Below are positions 53,335-64,000 of a DNA stretch of 64,000 nt, piece after piece. Made by a program: the position numbers and the translations under genes. The stretch's first letter is position 1; the number at the start of each line of letters is the position of its first letter. The notes below the pieces were generated by a model that was not told where the DNA came from, ran no database searches, and saw only the letters and a program-made list of their open reading frames with translations. Source of the stretch: Octopus vulgaris (lineage: Eukaryota); contig OX597816.1 of the NCBI GenBank assembly GCA_951406725.2, forward strand, positions 109,554,001 through 109,618,000, in the 5' to 3' direction.

Positions 53335-55733
53335 GACTGTTCGGAACGAGTGGAGGGCAAGAACGTAGGGTGGACTTCAGTGCCTACCTACATAGCCTAC
53401 CACGACTCTCGACAAGAAAGGCAGGGTGCTGCGAAGGTGCCATCACGGCGGCGGAAGTGCAGGAACCGATGGCAGAATGCTCGGGGGACAAATCACCGGG
53501 TTTGGATGGTCTACCCTACGAGCTTTACAATTGTATGCCAGACTTGTTTGGAGATATCTTGGCGGCGGTGTACTGCAACTGGCAGCAAAACGGGAGCATT
53601 CCTGGTTTTGTGAGCCGAGGAGCCGTAACACTGCTGAAGAAAGATCTAAACAAGGGAAATGTAATAAATAACTTTAGGCCCATCACTCTGCTTAATGCAG
53701 ACTTGAAAATTTTGGCCAAGGTGCTAGCCAAGAGGTTGGCGCTTGTCATCGACAAACTGGTCGACAAGGGCGCAAACGTGCGCCGTGCCAGGCCGGACCA
53801 TCCATGACAACCTCCACCTGATGCGCTACATCATAGACAGGGTAGTTAACGAACCTGGCATGGGTGGGGCGCTAATCAATTTGGATCAATCGAAAGCTTT
53901 CGATAGGGTAGACCATCGATACTTGGAGGCGGTCCTCAGACCGGCTGGCTTCGGTCCCGTCTTCCGCGGCTGGATAGCCGCTTTGTACAGAGGCATCCGT
54001 TCGGTGATTCGCGTGAATGGACATCTATCGAGACCCTTCGACATCGCACGTTCGGTCCGTCAGGGATGCCCCCTCTCGTCGCTTCTATACGTATTGACTC
54101 TCGAGCCATTATTGCGGAAGCTGGCAACTCTGAGGGCATCCCGCGAGAATTGGGATGCTGGACGAGCGTGTCTGCATACGCGGACGACGTCACCGTCATA
54201 GTGTCTAGCCACGAGCACATCGAGCAGGTCGGCGAGACACTGAAAAACTACGAAGCGGTGACAGGAGCGAAAATCAACCGGGAAAAGTCAGTGGGCTCGC
54301 GACTCGGCACCTGGAGAAGCAAGCCGATGCCGTCTACCAGCGCCTCCGTCGTGGGACGCTGGACCGACGGCCCGGTTGAGTTGCTCGGGGTCTGGTTTGC
54401 CCGGATCTCCAAGTGGAGAAGAACTGGAACGAGATAACGAGTAGGGTGGTCACTCTCGCCCGGCAATGGGCCGAGAGGAAACTGTCCCTAAAAGGTCGGG
54501 CGGAGGTGGCGAACACGTACATCGCGTCCGTCATCTACTACCGCCTGACCGTCGTACCTTGTCCCGACCCTACCATCACCAAACTAGAACGCATTCTCTT
54601 TCGCTTCTTGTGGAAAGGATGCGCCCCGATGGTCAGGCGATCCATTTGCTGTCAACACCCGTTAAAAGGAGGACTGGGCATGCCGTGGTTGATGATGCGC
54701 AGACACGCGCTGAGACTGCGACATCTCTGGCTCTATGTAGACGACGGTGAACAGGTGTGGTCGCCGTTTGTGAGGCACGCTTTCCCGCAGCTCGTCTCCA
54801 TGACCGAACTGCAGTCGTAGATCAAAAAGAAGCCGAAGAAGGGCGAATGGCACTGCGAGTGTTGCGTTGCTCTCAAGCAACTCTGCCGTCCTGGGTCGAC
54901 CTTGAGTGACTTCAACACAAACAAAGCATTCTATAGGGGTTTAGTGGAGGGGAGGTACGACGACGAGCTCGGGGCGAACCTAGACGTCGACGAGGAGTAC
55001 CTGACCCGCCTGTTCAGGACGACTTTCGGGCCAGGGCCCATGGACAACTTCCAGAGATCCCTGGCCTGGGTCTATCGTTGATATTGTCACGCCTCCCTCC
55101 TTCAAACGGGAAGGAAGTGCTATTTTCATCATCCTTGTGGCTATGGCGAAAGAATGTATCTGGTGGACGCGTCTGAAAGGATTGGAGACAAATACTTTCC
55201 TCTCTGGTCAATCTCTCATCAACTTCTTCAAGTACCACTTGAAAAGGAAAGTGAGAGTAGAGAGGCAAGTTTTGTCTAGCGAATGTTTTAAAAAAAGATG
55301 GGTGAATGTAGCAAGAATGGCACGTATGAATGACGAAGCCACCTTGAGCATGATCCTATGAACCCAGAAATTGAAAACAGAGAGTTGCTTATTTGCAAAA
55401 AAAAAAAAAAAGAAATATAACATGTGACTCCATTGACCGAGGTTACCGTGGTCTTTTCCGTAGGCTTTTCTTTCCACGGGTAAACCTCACCTGTCCTCCC
55501 CTTTACACTTCATATTGACATTTCTGTGATAACGATCCCTATTGATCAAATTTTTTTTCCTCTCCCCCTTTTTTTTTTACCCCCCCTTTTTTTGTCCTCT
55601 TTCTCTCCTTTTACGATCCCTTTTGATCGAAACTCCCCCTTCCTTTTTTTTTCTTTTTAAACCTTCAAAAGAAAAGCTCTACCTTGTAATTTGTTCTATC
55701 TGTGTGCAGCCCTGTGTGGCTAATTAAGAAACA
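53335..55733 (+). mobile_element. Tx1 LINE, 5'-truncated copy C, followed by (ATCT)n 55734-55830
   Basis: Collinear with 50625-53245; AYADD intact; about 200 bp deleted at ~55069, removing the CCHC motif. Confidence 0.93.
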
Positions 55734-55830
<97 letters not shown>

Positions 55831-56014
55831 GTCTGTCTATTCTATTCTATTCTATGCATGTAATACCTATAGCATCTCTGGCCGCTTCTGTGTCACATGA
55901 AATAGTTGTATTCCCAGAGTAGTTGCGCTGCAATTCTCCAAACTCTGAAGATGTAGGTCTTGTACTTCTCCAACTCTAAAGATGCTGTTTTTCTATGCAT
56001 GTATGCATGTATGC

Positions 56015-56047
<33 letters not shown>

Positions 56048-56517
56048 TGTATGTATGTATGTATGTATGTATGTATGTATGTATGTATGTATATAATATG
56101 TATGTATGCATGTATGCATGTATGTATGTATGTAGGTGGGTAGGTAGGTAGGTAGGTGCTATAGGAATTTCACTTGAAAACAACGTAATGCCTGTTGAAG
56201 ATCTGAACACATCACATGATCTATTTTTCCAATAGATCTTCTTTCATCACTTGGCAATATGAAGATGATTATGGATTTGTTTAAACGTTGGAAAAAAACT
56301 TTATATTTCAAACTCTATGCATCGATAGCAAAATCTAGGCAAAGTTTAAACTTTTCAGATTACGTCAGCATTAACTGCATTACTTTTAATATATAAAGCT
56401 ACTTCACTCGGTTTTCTCTCAAAAGATGTATGAAGACATGCTGTAGTTCTAAACAAACACGCCAACAATAAAATAAATGAGTAACATACCCATGCACTTT
56501 GTTTTTCTTTTTTGCAG

Positions 56518-57038
56518 TGTTTGGGAGCAGAGAAGATGTAGCCCAAATTCGACGTACATTACATTATGTTGATCAACAAATATACATAACAGACATGTTA
56601 GCTAAATATACGGCGAAAAGAAATGACGAAGAAAATTCAGTTTAGAAAACAATGAACGGAACCAAGTTGAATGAGAGAAGCAGAATTATCAATGATGTGT
56701 GTTAGGCATAGGAAAATATTTAGATTCACTTAGTTGATTTCAATGGATTTTCCCAAAATATTACAAAAGAAAAAGTTGCCAAGCATTGTTATGTCGTTGC
56801 TTATTTAACTGACAAAAGCTTTATCGATGTCAATTGGAGAGACTGTAATGGACTTAGTTTGGTTCTATAGAGAGCATCTGTCAAACAAAGACTGGATTAT
56901 TCTCAAACTGCAACTAAAGAAAGTTTTCGTATTGGAAAAAGTGAAGAGGCTCCGTTTGATATAGAAAGTTCGAGAATAGACAAGATTTGTTCGTCTTGTG
57001 TACCTAAACATACAACAATAAAAAAACTTGGAAAATAA
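56518..57038 (+). pseudogene. Possible ankyrin-repeat-like coding remnant
   Basis: Follows a ttttttgcag acceptor; one frame reads DFNGFS...AKHCYVVAYLTDKSFIDVNWRDCNGLSLVL*RA, resembling the ankyrin consensus GH..VV.YL....DVN..D..G.TPL..A. Contains stops. Confidence 0.25.
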
Positions 57039-57333
57039 TCACTATCATTTTGAATGGAGTACTAAATTTACACACGGGAGAATACATTATCGTGGTGTAT
57101 AATATTTAAGTATTTTATGCAATGCTTTGAAACTGAAGCTTATTAGACACCTTGTATTATACGGCTAAATAGTCATATAATATACACACTTATAGTTGCT
57201 CATCTATATATTTAATCGTGTAGACTGAAAGATAACTGCTTTATGAAATACATTCGATATCTACTATCAACATTATATTATATTATATTATATTATATTA
57301 TATTATATTATATTATATTATATTATATCATAT

Positions 57334-57410
<77 letters not shown>

Positions 57411-57741
57411 TTATGACTACGACTGGAATTTGATTAAGATTAGAACTTTCAAATGCATAATGGCGTAGAATAAAGAATAATGCGGCAATCTGAAATGGAA
57501 ATGAAAAAAAGGAAATATAATATATAAATAATATAATTCCTATAAAGAACTTCCTTTTATAAAGGTATCTTTAATTACATTATACTTCATAATCAGAGAC
57601 AATAGCTAAAATTCAATTGAAATTCAGTAATTTCTATACGTCATAATAGGTCCATCATGGCTAGTAAGAACTGAAACAAAAACTAATCGTAATGATTATA
57701 TTTGCCCTGATTACTAAGCTGAAACAAGTTAAAGTATTACA

Positions 57742-57774
<33 letters not shown>

Positions 57775-57841
57775 GTATGTATGTATGATTGTATGTATAT
57801 ATATATATATGTATGTATGTATATATATATATATATATATA

Positions 57842-58173
57842 GTAAAGAAAAAATAAGAAGGTTAACAGCAGGCTGTTTCACCTCATACCGAAGGAATTAG
57901 AAATGGCAGTCAAAGACCGTTTTTCCAATTTCTATAAGTGGAGAATCCAAAAACGAAGGCCCTTACGGCTCACATACACAAAACCGGAGTGGCAAATATA
58001 CGAATTCAGTCACTTACCGTTAATAGCGGACATATGTTTCTGGATCGCAAACATGGAAATCAGTTTGAATTCCGTCATCGGCGCTATATTCGATAGCTTT
58101 ACTAAATGCCACTAGCCCTCACTTCTGACCTAGCGACATCAGATAGTGGGGGGAAGAGTGCAGATGTTAAAAC
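57842..58173 (-). mobile_element. ~330-bp hammerhead-bearing element between (TA)n tracts
   Basis: GC-richer island bounded by (TA)n; contains the hammerhead at 58023-58087. Confidence 0.7.
58023..58087 (-). ncRNA. Type I hammerhead ribozyme, U4C variant
   Basis: Minus strand: atagcg-CCGATGA-c gga attcaaac tgatttccat gtttg cga tcc a-GAAA-C atat GTC-cgctat. Perfect 6-bp stem I, GUC site, palindromic CATATG stem III. Confidence 0.8.
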
Positions 58174-58341
58174 TATACATATATGTGTATATATATATAT
58201 ATACATTTATATATAAATATATATGTATAGATATGCACATATACATATATATATATATATGATAATAAATATTAGGGAATAAATCCAAATTTACAGGGAA
58301 AAATCAGATTTAGGATTGAATCCAATTTTATAGTAAAATAT

Positions 58342-58524
58342 TATATAATATTAATTAGAGACAAAACCACTATTATGCAAATCAAACAAAGAAAGACTTA
58401 ATCCAATACATAAAATTTTTTATATAAATTAAATAAAATTAAGTTAAGTTATCCACATTTTAATTTATATAAATTTTTTTATGGATTAAGTCTTTCTTTT
58501 TGCATAATGTGGTTTTGTCTCTAA

Positions 58525-58537
<13 letters not shown>
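58342..58537. repeat. Imperfect inverted repeat (arms ~80-90 bp, spacer ~25 bp)
   Basis: TATAATATTAATTAGAGACAAAACCAC...AAAGAAAGACTTAATCCA is mirrored by TGGATTAAGTCTTTCTTT...GTGGTTTTGTCTCTAATTAATATTATA. Confidence 0.9.
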
Positions 58538-58579
<42 letters not shown>

Positions 58580-58897
58580 TAGGTATACACACATACACGC
58601 ACACAAATATATGAATACAATAACCATGATAATGGCTTGTGGATTGGAACTTATAGGCTTTATTAATGCATCACGAAATACGTTTCCGCATCCCACAAGT
58701 TCATTGGTAAGGACATTTTCATATTAATAAAATATCATTAAAGATTATTCATAATGTCTATGAATTTAGTTTGCCTCCATAATATATTCGTATTTATGTA
58801 TCCTTATACTGTTTTATCCTTTTACTTGATTCAGTCATTTGACTGCAGCCATACTGGAGCAACATACATACACTCACACACACACACACAAACATAG

Positions 58898-59106
58898 TCT
58901 TTTCTACTCTAGGCACGAGGCACGAAATCTTTGGGAAGCGGGCCAGTCGTTTAGATCGACTCCAGTATGCAACTGGTACTTAATTTATCGAGCCCGTAGG
59001 GATGAGTGACATAATCGACCTCGGCGGAATTTGAACTCAGAAGGTAATTACAGAAGAAATACCGCTAAGCATTTCTCCCGCCGTGCTAACGTTTCAGCCA
59101 GCTCGC
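58898..59106 (-). mobile_element. tRNA-derived SINE (OR-like)
   Basis: Collinear with 1248-1440; head GCGAGCTGGC...GTTAGCAC, B-box GAGTTCAAATTCC. Confidence 0.85.
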
Positions 59107-59156
59107 ATATATTATGTATGTGTGTATGTCTCTCTCTCTCTCTCTCTTTCCCTGTC

Positions 59157-59227
<71 letters not shown>

Positions 59228-59248
59228 GTCTAACTATCTATCTATCTA

Positions 59249-59320
<72 letters not shown>

Positions 59321-59764
59321 TATATACCACGGCTTCGTTTCAAAACAGGAGCCCAGTCATCGCTTTCACAGTGCAGCCAGTTTAAGGGAGTGTCAAAACT
59401 ATGATCTGGTTATATGCCAAAGTGTCCTTTCCTAGAAGAGCTGCCTTCACCACAGCTAATGAGCCTCATATGCCAACCACACACATAAAAATACATATGA
59501 GCCGAATACGTCTTCTTAGATAACCTACTGGTGCTGTAGTGCTGTTTCAGTCGGTGATGGTGTTGTTAGTTTCGGTCATAAATTCCACTTCATATCAAGT
59601 ATATAGTTTAAAAGTCCGGACTGAATAACGTTATGTATGTCTGTATGTCTGTATGTCTGACTGTATGTATGTGTGTAAGTATGTATGTATGTATGTATGT
59701 ATGTTTGTATCTACGTATGCATATATGTGTGAATATATATTTATATACACATCTATCCATCTAT

Positions 59765-60510
59765 ATACCCAAGCCTATTCCCCATTTTATATTTGTAGGA
59801 GGGTATAGCCTCAACAAGATACATCAGGCGTTCCACATTTATTTTTCAGAGCAAAGGGGTGATCCCCGTTCTATGCTCGGGTCAAAGCAGAGAACGCAAT
59901 CTCCACTATCAGCAGCGGAGCTCGACAGTATTTACTGGTTTAACCCCGCCGCATCATGCTGGCGCCGTACTGCTTTGAGCAACATCAAATTCACTCATTC
60001 GTCCAACCTTTCCTATCAATTATAAACTCTTTTGCCTCTCTCACTCCAACACTACTAACCGCCAAAGCATTCCTCGCTCCATCCATCCACGCAAACCGAG
60101 TTCTGCCTCTGGTTCTGCTGCCTACCACTTCTGCGTTCATCACCCTCCACACCATCCGATCCTCATCCATCCTCTCCACGTGTCCAACACCTCTACATTC
60201 GTCTATCCATTTTGGTTGTTAGTTTTTCTCTCGTTCCTGCAGGTCTTCGCACGTCCTCGTTCCTCATCCTGTCCATCCATGTCACACCAGCTATAACCCT
60301 CAGTCATCTCATCTCAAACACAGCTAGTTGCCTCCATTCCGCCTCTCTCATCCCCAAGTCTCTGCACCATATAACATTGTCAGCACAATCAGGCCCTCAT
60401 ACACTCCTCTTTTCACTTTCATGCTCAACCTTTTATCTCTCAGTACACCTTTCATAACTCCAAGTACCTTAACCCCCTCCCTCACTCTATATTCCACCTC
60501 CGCAGCCATA
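59765..60510 (-). mobile_element. RTE-clade LINE, 3' part
   Basis: EVEYRVREG..VLG...LSMKVKRGVYEGLIVLTMLYGAETW...FEMR.LR.IAGVT..DRMRNEDVR...ERMDEDR...GSRTRGRTRFAWMD...DRKGW. Confidence 0.9.
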
Positions 60511-60914
60511 ACTAAGATTGATGATACATCAGTTTTGGTAAAAAAATCCTTCACTTGTGTATCTATAATTGATGAATATTCCCTTGTAACATAGTATGGA
60601 TTAGAAGTTTTAAAAACATTCCCTATAAATCTCTTAGAATATGGATATAACTGCGAAATTTCATGCGTCCGCAATTGAAAAGACCTCATTGAGGTACGAA
60701 ACTACGAATATGTGGTCTGAAACCTAGCTGGTTAGCTTTGTAACTATCCTCCCCAATAAACGTCATAAAAATATAACGTGTGCTTAATAAATATTCTCCA
60801 CCAGTAGCATACTTTTAAATAGTTTGTGAGATACATAATGGAATATGGCAAGTAGATTTGAACTCAAAATTCATGATCTGCTTCATCAATGTTTACTTCA
60901 ATTATAGCTTCAGT

Positions 60915-64000
<3,086 letters not shown>

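Overview
AT-rich, microsatellite-dense animal DNA with no confidently identifiable intact host gene. The SINE families (tRNA-like heads; resembling octopus OK/OR-type SINEs) suggest Octopus or another coleoid cephalopod; this is inference from recalled repeat families, not a database hit. Most long ORFs in the track are microsatellite translations. The real content is transposable elements: (i) at least six distinct R4/Dong-like RLE-endonuclease LINEs ending in, and stacked within, (AAT)n; (ii) an APE-type Tx1/L1-clade LINE with one full-length degenerate copy (47.2-53.2 kb) and eight 3' ends arranged head-to-tail in (ATCT)n/(ACCT)n; (iii) Penelope-like GIY-YIG remnants plus short hammerhead-ribozyme-bearing elements in (TA)n; (iv) RTE, mariner, maT/Tc1-like, pogo/Tigger-like MITE and Helitron-like pieces. 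The most notable pattern is that each retroelement class occupies its own microsatellite, with variant-core hammerheads, a shared in-frame UAG in three Tx1 copies, and a locally templated inversion at a LINE 5' junction. All calls are by eye; boundaries are approximate unless tied to a quoted motif.
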